IMG/VR virus record: IMGVR_UViG_2922326829_000003
Span: 42,710 to 106,709 of that record
Reading direction: 5' to 3' (one strand)
Length of the DNA: 64,000 nt
From: a virus
Lineage: Duplodnaviria; Heunggongvirae; Uroviricota; Caudoviricetes
Below the pieces are notes generated by a model. The model did not search any database and was not told the DNA's origin. It worked only from the letters and a program-made list of their open reading frames with translations. The first letter of the stretch is position 1, and the number at the start of each line of letters is the position of its first letter. Below, in pieces: positions 1 to 10,845 of the stretch. Both the position numbers and the translations under genes were made by a program.

Positions 1-15
1 GCTTTGCGCTTACGT

Positions 16-3000
16 TTACGCTATCGCAGTCAGCGCTTTATACGCTGTTACGTTCGCGGATTCTTCGATTTGACCGCGGAAGGCGAGCCGAGAGCCGATG
101 TGCGGGTTCGTGTGCGACGAATCGTGACCGCCGTGCGAGTACGAAACACCACCGCTCGCGAACGCGTTGTAGCTCGACCGATAAAACGCACGACTGATTG
201 CAGTGCTGGCGTGGAAATAGTCACAGTAAAATGTTGTGGTACTTGCGACGGCAGCTCCAACAAAAAGCACATCCATATATTTTTGATGGTGTGTTCCGGC
301 ATAATACGTTCCGGCGCTGGCTGTTTTAACTTTTCGAGTACTCCCGTCTGGCATTTCAATGTAAGTTTTTAATTGTTCAGCGGCCGTCGTATTTGGAATG
401 CCAACCTTAGACATCCACTCACACTTATTCCCATACCAATTCTCATAACCAAGACAGTTCGAGCTTGGAATGCGAACATAGGTGATTTCTCCAAATTCAT
501 TTTTGCTTTCGTACCACGAATATTCTACTGCTTTATTTTGGTTTACAGTATCTTTCATGCCGAGAATAGATGTTTCGCCAATTATGCGAGCATTAGTGTT
601 TTGCCCATAACCGCACTGATCTTGCGAATCTCTTCTTCCATAATGTGCGAAAAACAAGTTTGCAACATCTTTGTGCATTTCATAATCAACAAGTTGCAAT
701 TGCCTTTGAGTGGCGTAATGTTCCATGTCTGTTTTTGAAAGACTCGCAACACTTGTTTCCCCGGTGATAGCGGAATATAGTTTACTACCCTTTGCAACAG
801 CTTCGAAAACTCCTACAAGACATCTTTCGTGACACACCCAGTCTGGTTCCATGTCCTCTATTTTGTCACTATTAGATAGAAGAACCATGTCAAATTCAGC
901 ATTATTATGAACTGTAAAGCATAGAAATTTGGCATTTTGAGGAACATCTACAATTAGATACATGCCATTTTCAAATTTATTATTCAAAGTTGGCACTACG
1001 ATATTCTGTATTACATTTCCACCATCATCTGCAAAAATAGAACAAATCAAGCTTGTACCTAAAACCGTTGGAAATCGCACTTTTTTATACCCAGAAACAT
1101 CAACCTGACAAACACTATAACTTGCATCTGATGAATAAGAAGCTGTTATTGTTGAAAAATTACTTAAAAGCTTGTACTTGTTTTTGTAATTTTTCGAAGC
1201 AACAACCTCATCTAAAGTGATTATTTTATAAAGAGAAGAGTCAGGTCTTGATGGCATTTTTGACAAGCTCGAAAAACAAGAATATTTCTTATCATTCAAA
1301 TAATCATTTATTCCTTTATACCAATATTTAGGTTCATCCATCCAGACATCACCTTCTGTTGCATCAAGCTTAGCTGGAGTGGCGCTGGCGATATATTGTG
1401 CATCCGCATAATAATTGGAATTTGTATTATGAAGCGGATAGATAGCCATTTTGTTTGTAGCAATCAATTTACCCAAACATCTACGACGTTTAGACATGAT
1501 GCTTTTAATGTGGCCGCTGGGAATATAGTCTGTTCCACTGTTATAGCCAGTATTATTGTCAAGATTAGTAATGTTTCTGTCATCAGACACAGAATCATCA
1601 AACTCAATCATTGTATATTCCGGTTGGATGATATTTAATTCCGGAAAGTGCTTTTTATATACTTCAAATTGCTCGTCTGCCAAATACTGTGTAAGTTTAT
1701 ATGTTCCCACCAACGTACACGTATCAGTAGCATTGCCATCTGCATCAACTCCACCAATCGACATAAATTTAGACAACCATGCCTCATTGCCCTCACGATC
1801 AATACCCGTAATGCGAATACGCTCAACATTGGTGCAAAGCGATAAGATTGATTCCCAGTCAATGCCCGGGCAGCCATCCACAATAAACGTTTTAACGTTT
1901 GAATAGCCCTCTAAATGAAGATTCTTGGTCAATAGTTTTCCAAGATTTTCAAGTTTGAGAACCGTTAACGTTGCTGGAAGGTATGCAGCAGAGAGCGGAG
2001 CTCCCTTAGAAAACGTAATACTCTGAACCTTTGTACCACGAGTATCAAGCCATTCCAATTTGTTCTGATTGCTAAAGTCAAGCTCTGTGCTGGTGTTACT
2101 TCCTGTTTTTGCTTGCGCTTGATTGCGAAGATTTACTTTTCGTAACTGTTTGCAACTACCCAAGTTAAGCCACCATCCAGTAGAACCGGTGGTTGATGAT
2201 TGTAAATTTATCTCTCGTAAAACCGTACACTTGCCAAGATCAAAACCATTTTTCAATCGATCTGCTGCTCCTGTCATATCAAGAACACGCATACGACTTG
2301 CGCCATAAATACGGAGCGGGTCATTTACTGTGTAAGCACCGGTTATTTGTAGAGAAGCAACCTTTCCACCTTCCACAATCCCCGTGTTGGCAATATTGGG
2401 GCTATTGTTTGTTCCATATCCGAAAGCATACACTTCATTGGCTGTTACTTTTACCACATCAGCCGCATCGCTTGCTCCGCGAGCCATATACAGGTCGATA
2501 TTATCAGAGGTGAAGTTACTTGTGCCATACTTCGCATCAAGAAGCGCAAAACGGTTTGTGATGAGGTAAATTCGGTGTGCCAGGTTATTGCCTTGAAGGG
2601 CATAGATGAACGGCCACTTCTTGCCGTAAGTTTCAACCATGGCTGGGCGAATATACTTAATGTAGCCCGATTTATTATATACACGATCACTCCAGTTTCC
2701 CATTTGCTCCACATTGAGCATATTGAGTACACGGTCAAGTGTCATTTTGGAACGATACTCGGATGCCACTTCTTTAACTTCATCTTGAAGGTTAGCCAAT
2801 ATGAGATTCCACAACCACGATTCTCGGCCTTCAAAGGCATATTTCCCGGCTTCGGCATCCCATGTATTGCGGTCGGTAGTGTAGTCGTACACCAGAAAAC
2901 AGTCATTACGCTTACCGTATTGAGTATCGCCATCATAGTATGTTATGTACCATATTTTACCGTCCCATGTGCGCAGCAACATGTTTTTAGCACGCTGGTC

Positions 3001-6000
3001 AACACTCAGGTGATAATCGGTGTGTATATAATAGGCTATAGCGTGTTTGACATTAAAATATTGGCTTACTTCCGCTTTGAACTTAGCGCTCGCGAAAGTC
3101 GAAATATCTTCTGCCGTAGCCCCTGATGGCACGCACGAACGTATCCATGCAAACAGTCTGGTGAGGGCAGCACGTTGTGTGTCGTTCATCCCTGCCCACT
3201 TTACATCATCGGGGTAGTTTATTTCCAACCCGGCATCGAAGTTCGCTGCTAAATCGGCATCACTTTTCGATTGAAACAAACAGGTGCCTTCACCATTATT
3301 TAATGTTTCGAGAGTCATCGGGCATTCGGGTGTGAATCCGCTCACACCCTCCATTCCGAAAAGTTTACCGCTTTTTGACTTCTCATTATTAAAGTTATAT
3401 TGACCATAATAGGTAGATTCCCCTTCAACAGATTCAGCCGAGTAAATATCAATAGGGAAACCACCGATTGCTTGACGAACTCTTACGGCATTGAGGTCTC
3501 CACCTGACTTCTCGTACTGATACTGTTGTGGGGGTGTCATCAATCCCATGTCGAGCATGACATCGTTATACAACTTCGCACCCCCGGTGTTAGAAGTCAT
3601 AGACGAGTCCGAATAATCCGACTTCATACAGAATAGGTTCATTTCAATAGCTCCAGGTTGCATAGAGTACTTTTTACCCGAAACGAGTTCTCCGTTTACA
3701 GTAAGGGACAACTCCGGCCCACCCTTACTCATATAGATACGGATATTCTTACTTGGATATTTTGTTGATGATGTACCTTGTATGCGAATATAACAACTGC
3801 GGAGCACAAAGTCATACTCCTTGCCGAAAGGCGAATAAAAATAGACATCAGCAAGAAAGTCAGTACTCTTGTTGTTTGTTTCGTTGAGCTCATCAAGTCC
3901 ACCTTGACGAACAATACGCATCACCCCCTTACCTTTAGCTCTAAGCTTATCCAGGTCCACATCTCCAGAAATTCCAAGTACATCATTTTCTTCATACAGC
4001 CTCATCATGTCGTCGAGACTTTCGCTGTCTACCATTCGATTTTCAAGTACTTCATCATCGGACAAAGCACGATTGTAAATACGAATGTTTTTTATCTCCA
4101 CGTCTGCCATCTCCGACGTTATGGTTATTCCTTGCGGGTTGTCTTGCTGGAAGTAATAGCTATTGTCGTAAATATCAGCACCGGCACGGTTGCCATTCAC
4201 ATACAACTCCATGAGTCGGCCATCGTTTCGCTTGCTGATGACAAATGCCACCTTGAGCCATTTGTCCGGAGCGAATTTTGTTCCAATTTTTACTTCACGA
4301 CTGGTATCTTCCCCATCCTCATTTATATAATGAATGATAGTACCAGTCTTAATACTTGCTTCTTCGGTGGTAATACTAAGCCCTTTACCATTGTCCATAC
4401 AACTAACAACCTCACTATTGCGCTCCAATACATTGGTAACACGGTACTCCATTTCAACAGTCATACCGGTAGCTCCAGCATCTTGTTTGAAGAGTTGATA
4501 GTCAATATTGATCTTAGCCCCGTTGATAAGTCTAAGTGTACCGTCAAACCAACCACTTGTTTTGAAGTCCACATTCTCAAAGGTGGTTTTTGCCTCTCCC
4601 GACTCCCATACAGCAGGATTGCTCTCATCATTACTTCGTCCGGAAGGGCTAAGTTTAACCACCATTCCATAAGTGGATTCAGAAATATCTATTCCACTTT
4701 CAGTAACATCAATTAAAAAGGACGACACGAAGTTTCCGACAACGAACTTCATCTTCAAAAGACCTTGTTCGGTAAAACGATTCTGATATGTTTGCACTGC
4801 GCGAGGAACACTAACGCTTTGAACAAGTGTTTCATCGCGCAGGATTTCCAAATTAGCAGGGGTGGTTGTAGGATCGTAAGCTACAAAATTAAACCTGCAT
4901 TGTTCATACTGTCCTATTTCAAACGTTGGAGACAGATGTGTTGAGCTGTCAAATATGCGCCCATCATTGTTGATCATCATTAAACCAACAAAAGGTGACA
5001 TTGAACCTGTTTTCAGAATATCAATGTAGATGCTTTCACTTTTTAATATCAAGTTGTCTCCGGCCTCCATCTCTGCTACCATTTGAAGCGTATGTCTGCC
5101 AGAAGAAAGGTTAGACATTGAAACATTAAAGCTGCTATTTGTGGTACCGCTTCGAGTTATTGTGTGTGCATTTTGTTGTACGCCGTCAACATACAGGGCA
5201 ACCACTTTTGTTCCTGTTCCATTCACTGAATATGGGACACTTACTGTGTCATTTGCTCCATACCCACCTGAAGAAATACCTCCAGCAAGATTGTAGCTGC
5301 TTGTAAGCGTGAGTGACACCGATTTAACTGTCACATACGCTTGTTTTTTTTGCGCTTTTCCCGTATCTGGGTCGGTTGTGGTAGCTATAATGTATATATC
5401 ACTTGTTCCAACAAGCAAATACTTAGTAAGGTCGAGTGTGTACGAACCTTTGCTTACTTCTTGAATTGTTTCTGAAAAGGAAATAGTTGCACCTCTCTTT
5501 ATTTGAATCGTAATAGCTGCTTTTTGTCCTGTACTCTCACCTTTCTCGTCTCCAGATGAATATTGATGATCGTAGGTGTAAGTAAGAAGAACGTTGTCGC
5601 CTTCTTTGATGGTTGATTTATCCACCATAGCTCCAATTACTATCTTAGTAGCTGCCCCACCTTCACCGGTTCCACCACCGCCACCGGCCGGTAGGTCAAC
5701 TCCAACAACTTCTGCGCCGCTTTTGTTAGTCAATGTTAGTCGCACAGTACTCTCGTCATCGCTAAGCTCTGCGTTTGCACCAAAGATGGTGTTTGCATCA
5801 ATTTCATTAAGTTTAGCTGCCACAGCTGCGTTCTGTACAGGATTAGTTGATTTTGGGTCTAAACTTTCATCAACTTCTATTTCATCAATAGTGATATTTA
5901 CCCTTCCTGACTCATCTTTATTAAGAGTTGTGCCATTTAAGGATATTTCTTTCACGGAATCAGCTCCACCAAACTTATTCCAAGCTGAAGGTTCTAAAAA

Positions 6001-6669
6001 GGATGAGATGCTTGTGCCCTCAAAGCGATACTCTTCCCAAGTTCCCTGAGAGGCTTCAAATGTAATGATGATACCTCGTTTATCGCCATCATCAATAGCC
6101 GCGTCTTTTAATGCGGCAATAGCAGTGTCTTTTGTATAATACCCGGAGCTTAAAGGGTGTTGTTTTGTGATATCATAAAAACCGCCACCAGTCCCTTTAC
6201 TCTTTTTATATGTCCCATCATCTGAGAGATACATATCTCCAGCGCCATTTTTCTTAAACTCTGGAGCATTATCTAATTTCTTCTTGTAATCATCGGAAAA
6301 GTCGTTTGTGGACAATGCCTTTCCTGTTTCTTTTGCGACAAAAGCATTTTTAGCTGGATTGCTAACAGGTTTTTCTAAGTCGGATGTGTTATCAACTTTA
6401 GACAAACCAACATCTTCTTTTGCAAGTGTAACTGCCCCTTTTCTTCCGGCAACGCTTGTTACGGTATTGATCTGAGCTCCTGCTTCTATTTTATCTAATT
6501 TATCTTTTAATGTTTTGGTGAAATCATTTGAAGATAACACTTTTCCACTTTCTTTATCGACCTTCTTATTATTAGCATCATCTAATCCATTTATTGCGTC
6601 AACTAATTCATTAAGCTCTTCTGCATAGAGGGTGCTTCCATCAGAAAATCGTTTGTCTATTTTACCCAT
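16..6669 (-). CDS. giant tail fibre / distal tail structural protein (2217 aa)
   Basis: Longest ORF and last gene of the leftward structural operon. N-terminus has tandem ~30-aa repeats (..VLSSNDFTKTLKDKLD.. / ..ALSTNDFSDDYKKKLD..) like phage tail-fibre shaft repeats. Contains a Gly-rich linker (AGGGGGTGEGG) and long beta-rich segments. Stop at 16-18. The C-terminal ~75 codons are GC-rich. Confidence 0.6.
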   Translation of the reverse strand: MGKIDKRFSDGSTLYAEELNELVDAINGLDDANNKKVDKESGKVLSSNDFTKTLKDKLDKIEAGAQINTVTSVAGRKGAVTLAKEDVGLSKVDNTSDLEKPVSNPAKNAFVAKETGKALSTNDFSDDYKKKLDNAPEFKKNGAGDMYLSDDGTYKKSKGTGGGFYDITKQHPLSSGYYTKDTAIAALKDAAIDDGDKRGIIITFEASQGTWEEYRFEGTSISSFLEPSAWNKFGGADSVKEISLNGTTLNKDESGRVNITIDEIEVDESLDPKSTNPVQNAAVAAKLNEIDANTIFGANAELSDDESTVRLTLTNKSGAEVVGVDLPAGGGGGTGEGGAATKIVIGAMVDKSTIKEGDNVLLTYTYDHQYSSGDEKGESTGQKAAITIQIKRGATISFSETIQEVSKGSYTLDLTKYLLVGTSDIYIIATTTDPDTGKAQKKQAYVTVKSVSLTLTSSYNLAGGISSGGYGANDTVSVPYSVNGTGTKVVALYVDGVQQNAHTITRSGTTNSSFNVSMSNLSSGRHTLQMVAEMEAGDNLILKSESIYIDILKTGSMSPFVGLMMINNDGRIFDSSTHLSPTFEIGQYEQCRFNFVAYDPTTTPANLEILRDETLVQSVSVPRAVQTYQNRFTEQGLLKMKFVVGNFVSSFLIDVTESGIDISESTYGMVVKLSPSGRSNDESNPAVWESGEAKTTFENVDFKTSGWFDGTLRLINGAKINIDYQLFKQDAGATGMTVEMEYRVTNVLERNSEVVSCMDNGKGLSITTEEASIKTGTIIHYINEDGEDTSREVKIGTKFAPDKWLKVAFVISKRNDGRLMELYVNGNRAGADIYDNSYYFQQDNPQGITITSEMADVEIKNIRIYNRALSDDEVLENRMVDSESLDDMMRLYEENDVLGISGDVDLDKLRAKGKGVMRIVRQGGLDELNETNNKSTDFLADVYFYSPFGKEYDFVLRSCYIRIQGTSSTKYPSKNIRIYMSKGGPELSLTVNGELVSGKKYSMQPGAIEMNLFCMKSDYSDSSMTSNTGGAKLYNDVMLDMGLMTPPQQYQYEKSGGDLNAVRVRQAIGGFPIDIYSAESVEGESTYYGQYNFNNEKSKSGKLFGMEGVSGFTPECPMTLETLNNGEGTCLFQSKSDADLAANFDAGLEINYPDDVKWAGMNDTQRAALTRLFAWIRSCVPSGATAEDISTFASAKFKAEVSQYFNVKHAIAYYIHTDYHLSVDQRAKNMLLRTWDGKIWYITYYDGDTQYGKRNDCFLVYDYTTDRNTWDAEAGKYAFEGRESWLWNLILANLQDEVKEVASEYRSKMTLDRVLNMLNVEQMGNWSDRVYNKSGYIKYIRPAMVETYGKKWPFIYALQGNNLAHRIYLITNRFALLDAKYGTSNFTSDNIDLYMARGASDAADVVKVTANEVYAFGYGTNNSPNIANTGIVEGGKVASLQITGAYTVNDPLRIYGASRMRVLDMTGAADRLKNGFDLGKCTVLREINLQSSTTGSTGWWLNLGSCKQLRKVNLRNQAQAKTGSNTSTELDFSNQNKLEWLDTRGTKVQSITFSKGAPLSAAYLPATLTVLKLENLGKLLTKNLHLEGYSNVKTFIVDGCPGIDWESILSLCTNVERIRITGIDREGNEAWLSKFMSIGGVDADGNATDTCTLVGTYKLTQYLADEQFEVYKKHFPELNIIQPEYTMIEFDDSVSDDRNITNLDNNTGYNSGTDYIPSGHIKSIMSKRRRCLGKLIATNKMAIYPLHNTNSNYYADAQYIASATPAKLDATEGDVWMDEPKYWYKGINDYLNDKKYSCFSSLSKMPSRPDSSLYKIITLDEVVASKNYKNKYKLLSNFSTITASYSSDASYSVCQVDVSGYKKVRFPTVLGTSLICSIFADDGGNVIQNIVVPTLNNKFENGMYLIVDVPQNAKFLCFTVHNNAEFDMVLLSNSDKIEDMEPDWVCHERCLVGVFEAVAKGSKLYSAITGETSVASLSKTDMEHYATQRQLQLVDYEMHKDVANLFFAHYGRRDSQDQCGYGQNTNARIIGETSILGMKDTVNQNKAVEYSWYESKNEFGEITYVRIPSSNCLGYENWYGNKCEWMSKVGIPNTTAAEQLKTYIEMPDGSTRKVKTASAGTYYAGTHHQKYMDVLFVGAAVASTTTFYCDYFHASTAISRAFYRSSYNAFASGGVSYSHGGHDSSHTNPHIGSRLAFRGQIEESANVTAYKALTAIA

Positions 6670-9082
6670 TAATTTTTAATATATCTTTTCCTAAAACTCC
6701 TTGTCCAAGAACAAATGATGACAATTTTGATGTTATTTCACATGAGAATTTTTCTATATTATATAAGTTGTAATTCAGATTTATAACCGGTTGATGTATA
6801 TCAATGCCTCCCCAGTCAGTTAACTCCTGATCATCGGATGAGTATTTTTTCCATGTAAATTCAAATTCTTCTTTGGCTTGTTTTTCTGGGATCAATACCC
6901 CCTGAAAATAAACATCTGCCTTCAGAATAGTGTTACAATCACCATTTTTGAACAGATCGCCTTTTGTTGAGCTTACTTTTACTTCATATCCTTCTGTTAC
7001 GTTCTTTTGGATAAGAATAGTGTCGGTGTAATTGTTATGGTTGAATCGAACTTCACATTTTATATTGCATGAATCGCCTTCAAGCCAATAATCTCCAGTA
7101 GGCAGAATATCTAATGAGTCCAGAGAATGATTTGGTATCGGTATGTATTTCCCGTCTCTATTTTGATAATACCACGATATTTCACTTTTTGTCAGATCAA
7201 ACCCTTCCGAAGAAATTTTTAATTTTACTTTTGAGGGGGAATATGTGGTTTTTCCAGAAAGTGAATGATTAACAATTGTTATGCTATTTCCTCCGGTAAG
7301 CCTGATGGATTTGGGTGCCAATTCAGCCTGAGCGTTTTCATCCAGGTTGTCCCAATTAAGAGTAACATCTTTTCCAAAAGTTACTTTACCGAATTCATCC
7401 CATCGAATATTTCGATTTGCCAGATATCCGCTGCCATCTACCTTTAATAGAAAAGAATTTGTTCTTGTACCTATACTTCCCTCATTGTCATAATTAAGCT
7501 GTAGTAATGGGTTCTGGATGGTGCCTCCGATACCTCCACGAGAAAACCATGCGCCATAATCTTCTACAAGACTCAATATGCCGTCTGTGGGTTGGTATTG
7601 TGTTACATGATCTCCAGATTCCAACTGAGGGGCTGTAAAGTAGAATAAGTTCTCATCTTTTATATTGCCATCGCCACTTATGTTTGCTTTATCAAATTCA
7701 GGAACAATAGACAATGATAAGTTGTCTGTTTCAGATTTTGGAGCTATCAATTCAAAAGCTACATGTTGTCTATTCCATTGATGAGTGCTAAATTGATCAA
7801 TGTTTATAACACCTACTGTCACACCATTTTGAATGATATAGAAAACGCATTTCTTTTTCGAATAGAGCCAAAACGAAAAACAATATTTATTTCCAACCTT
7901 TGTTTTTAACCACCCGGATGTTTGAGCAATAGCTGTAAATTGGGTCGATGAAACATAAACTCCACCAACTCCTGTTGGGTTAATTATATTAGCATCAGCT
8001 AAAACATCTGACTCAAAGCTTACATTTATGGAATTAACAAAAGCATTCTTGTGTATTTTTCCTGCATAAAAAGTTGCAGCAAAGCCATTTTCATCTCCAG
8101 CAGTTAATGTCCCCGAAATATGGGCAGATTTTGTGGCGTAGATTTTCTGTAAATATCCTCCGTAACCGTCTAATTTACCAAAAACCGGGTCATTAATACC
8201 ATTCATTTTCCCGATTCTTATTTGACTGGCATCTTGAAATCCGGTTATACTGGAAAGTAAAATGATATTAAAATCAGCAATCCAAACTTCATCACCGTCT
8301 TTTAATCCATCATTTAAGTTCAGTTTAAATGTTCGCAAATGTCTTCCTGACCAATCAACAGTGATTGCGTGAAATTTGTATTCCCAATCGGTATTGGCTG
8401 TTATGACAACTTCACCATCAACCCTCGTACCAGTAATATATTCGAGAGAACCTTTGATTTTTTGTAGTTTCCGGTTGGCTTTTATTTTATATGAAATCAG
8501 AACTCTTTGTGGATTTTCAACATATTGATAGAAATCTTGCTGAAGACCGATGAACCCGGAGTAACCAACTGAATTACGTGTGATATGACAAATTCGGTAA
8601 TTATCTAACTCTGATTTTAAATATTCAGATGTAACGTAATTCTCACCAATTACAATATACTGAGCTGATGAATCTGTGTATTCACCATTTCCAAGACTTT
8701 CTGGCCAACATAAACTTTGATTTCGACCAATGCCGTCAACCACATCCATGTATGGAGCCTGATCGTCTGATGCCGTTAAGTATAATGCGCCTGATCGATT
8801 CAAATCATACAAACTGGTGACTCTCATAAAATCAAGTATTTCCTCTGTTTGAGGAGCATCCCCTTCAAGTAGAGCAGCAATAAAAAAGGGTTGTTCTTTT
8901 ATTTCATTGTCTTCACCTACAACTTTGTCTATCCCATAATCAAGGACGCACATAAGGGAGTATATTACATTTTTTCCATCGAAATATTGTCGTCTAACAA
9001 TATCTCCGGTACGCAAACCCTGTGTTTTCTTGGAATCGTATTTTAGCGATACTTTATATTTCTTGTAATTAAATACAGACAT
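6662..9082 (-). CDS. tail fibre / receptor-binding protein (806 aa)
   Basis: Large beta-rich ORF in the tail module. Its stop overlaps the start of the downstream 2217-aa gene, suggesting translational coupling. Confidence 0.4.
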   Translation of the reverse strand: MSVFNYKKYKVSLKYDSKKTQGLRTGDIVRRQYFDGKNVIYSLMCVLDYGIDKVVGEDNEIKEQPFFIAALLEGDAPQTEEILDFMRVTSLYDLNRSGALYLTASDDQAPYMDVVDGIGRNQSLCWPESLGNGEYTDSSAQYIVIGENYVTSEYLKSELDNYRICHITRNSVGYSGFIGLQQDFYQYVENPQRVLISYKIKANRKLQKIKGSLEYITGTRVDGEVVITANTDWEYKFHAITVDWSGRHLRTFKLNLNDGLKDGDEVWIADFNIILLSSITGFQDASQIRIGKMNGINDPVFGKLDGYGGYLQKIYATKSAHISGTLTAGDENGFAATFYAGKIHKNAFVNSINVSFESDVLADANIINPTGVGGVYVSSTQFTAIAQTSGWLKTKVGNKYCFSFWLYSKKKCVFYIIQNGVTVGVINIDQFSTHQWNRQHVAFELIAPKSETDNLSLSIVPEFDKANISGDGNIKDENLFYFTAPQLESGDHVTQYQPTDGILSLVEDYGAWFSRGGIGGTIQNPLLQLNYDNEGSIGTRTNSFLLKVDGSGYLANRNIRWDEFGKVTFGKDVTLNWDNLDENAQAELAPKSIRLTGGNSITIVNHSLSGKTTYSPSKVKLKISSEGFDLTKSEISWYYQNRDGKYIPIPNHSLDSLDILPTGDYWLEGDSCNIKCEVRFNHNNYTDTILIQKNVTEGYEVKVSSTKGDLFKNGDCNTILKADVYFQGVLIPEKQAKEEFEFTWKKYSSDDQELTDWGGIDIHQPVINLNYNLYNIEKFSCEITSKLSSFVLGQGVLGKDILKING

Positions 9083-10845
9083 TAAACTATTTCTTCAACC
9101 AAATCACCAGAGCATGAGTCGCTTACCCATAATGATCCGTTTGTAACTGACATCTTTTGTACTTCCAGCTCATAGACTCGCATTTTTTTTCGAATCGTCA
9201 GCTCGTCAAATGTTGCGGCAATATTCCCATAGGTTTTGTCTTTCGCAATGCTCCACCCATAACCGGCAAACCCTGAAGCAAATCGCCTTGAACTTAAACT
9301 ATCTACAAAATAAGCGTTACCGCTATGCAATATCCCATCCACGATACCTTCGAAGAATATTCCGTCACCAAAGAATAGGGCATTTTCAATCAATTGAGTT
9401 TTATATTTCTCACTAAGTATTGAAAATTTTGTAGCTTCTATTGGTTTATTGAAAACAAAAAACTCAGCATCTGTCTCAAAATTTAAACTGGCAGACCATG
9501 GGAGACTTTGATCTCTAAAAAGACTGTTTGTCTGTTTATATAAAATAGAACTCTGTATATAATCAGTTTGCTGAATGTCATTTGTAACGTGAATATAAGG
9601 AGCCTCGAACACAAGTGTCTTAATATCACTTGCATTAAGTGACGGCCCATTATTCTTGCCTAATCGTATTTTTTTTGCAAAAACAACGCCTGCATCCTCT
9701 CCGGTTTTATAATAGGTTTGGATAACAGTTGGTCCTGAATTGCCACACCCTGCACTGAAAGAGTTTGGGAAATTACCATCTCCATATTGAGATATGATCT
9801 GATAGCTGCTATTATAATTGTATATACCTGTCTGTAAAGCAATCTTTTTGGTTTGCATGTCATTATCACTATCTCCAAGATTGATGGTCATTCCAGGAGC
9901 TGAGAATGATACTGTATTGTCTAAACCGCCTCTTACTTTTATTATATACCTACCATCAAATTGAATTCCATAGCCGGACCACAAACTTAAATCAGTTGCT
10001 AATTGAAGAAAAACTTCCCCACCTTCTTTTTTATCTGAATAGAATAGGGGTTTGTTTATTGCGCCTAACTTAAAGCCGTTAATAGCAGATAAAGTGTCGT
10101 TTAATGTTGTTTGGCCATCAACTTGCAAGGTTCCGTACACATGCCCATTACGCATATTCCAGTCAACATCTTTTTTATTGCTATTATAGCCATGATAAAA
10201 TTCTTTATCATTAAAAAACAAGCCATCCTTATTTATCGTAATTTGGCCAAGCTCAAATATCCCATCTACTGATATATTTCCTTTCATAGCGATACACCCG
10301 GATGCAATATTTAATTTATTGTCAGCGTAAAACAAAACGTTGACATTAGAAATGCTTATTCCTTTATTACTGAGATTTAATGTTCCCGATAGTGTCGCAT
10401 CTCCATCCACAATAAGACTTCCAGAAACCTTAGCAAGCTTTTTCTTCTCGGCATTTATAGTTGTTTCAAGAATTAGTGTTCCTTCATATCCAGCTTGAAA
10501 ACCATGCAATGCGCCGAGTCTTCCTTCCATTGTGTCTCCACTACGCGATAAAAAGCCAACCCCAGCAGACCCTCCATTTCCGTTACCATTAAGGGTTGAA
10601 ACAATCGAATTGGCCATCATATATGCAGAGTTTTTAATCAAAATAGATGAATACTCTGCCATCTTTTTATCAATAGCATCGATGTCGATTTCACCTGCTG
10701 GGGTCAATGGTGGGTTGTCTGTAAAATCAGGCGCATCAACAGTATTAGCTGTCCGCATACCTTCAAATAACCTACTGTAGAGTTCATACAATGAGGTCTT
10801 TTTATCTAAACTATTTTCATCAAATATAAGTGTTGCTTCTGCCAT
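9082..10845 (-). CDS. tail spike/fibre protein with repetitive beta-helix-like segments (587 aa)
   Basis: ATGA start/stop overlap with both neighbouring genes. Has repeated Gly/Asn-rich beta-strand motifs and sits in the distal tail module. Confidence 0.4.
   Translation of the reverse strand: MAEATLIFDENSLDKKTSLYELYSRLFEGMRTANTVDAPDFTDNPPLTPAGEIDIDAIDKKMAEYSSILIKNSAYMMANSIVSTLNGNGNGGSAGVGFLSRSGDTMEGRLGALHGFQAGYEGTLILETTINAEKKKLAKVSGSLIVDGDATLSGTLNLSNKGISISNVNVLFYADNKLNIASGCIAMKGNISVDGIFELGQITINKDGLFFNDKEFYHGYNSNKKDVDWNMRNGHVYGTLQVDGQTTLNDTLSAINGFKLGAINKPLFYSDKKEGGEVFLQLATDLSLWSGYGIQFDGRYIIKVRGGLDNTVSFSAPGMTINLGDSDNDMQTKKIALQTGIYNYNSSYQIISQYGDGNFPNSFSAGCGNSGPTVIQTYYKTGEDAGVVFAKKIRLGKNNGPSLNASDIKTLVFEAPYIHVTNDIQQTDYIQSSILYKQTNSLFRDQSLPWSASLNFETDAEFFVFNKPIEATKFSILSEKYKTQLIENALFFGDGIFFEGIVDGILHSGNAYFVDSLSSRRFASGFAGYGWSIAKDKTYGNIAATFDELTIRKKMRVYELEVQKMSVTNGSLWVSDSCSGDLVEEIV

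Noticed and set aside
4-372. 122-aa plus-strand ORF and 103-aa minus-strand ORF (48-359) at the window start
   Set aside because: Both lie in the GC-rich fibre-gene tip, where stop codons are rare in every frame. They are Arg/Val-rich with no start context, so they are artefacts of composition.
3778-4716. 312-aa plus-strand ORF inside the 2217-aa fibre gene
   Set aside because: Antisense to a far longer, well-structured gene, with an Ile/Phe/Val-rich low-complexity translation typical of the reverse strand of AT-rich coding DNA.
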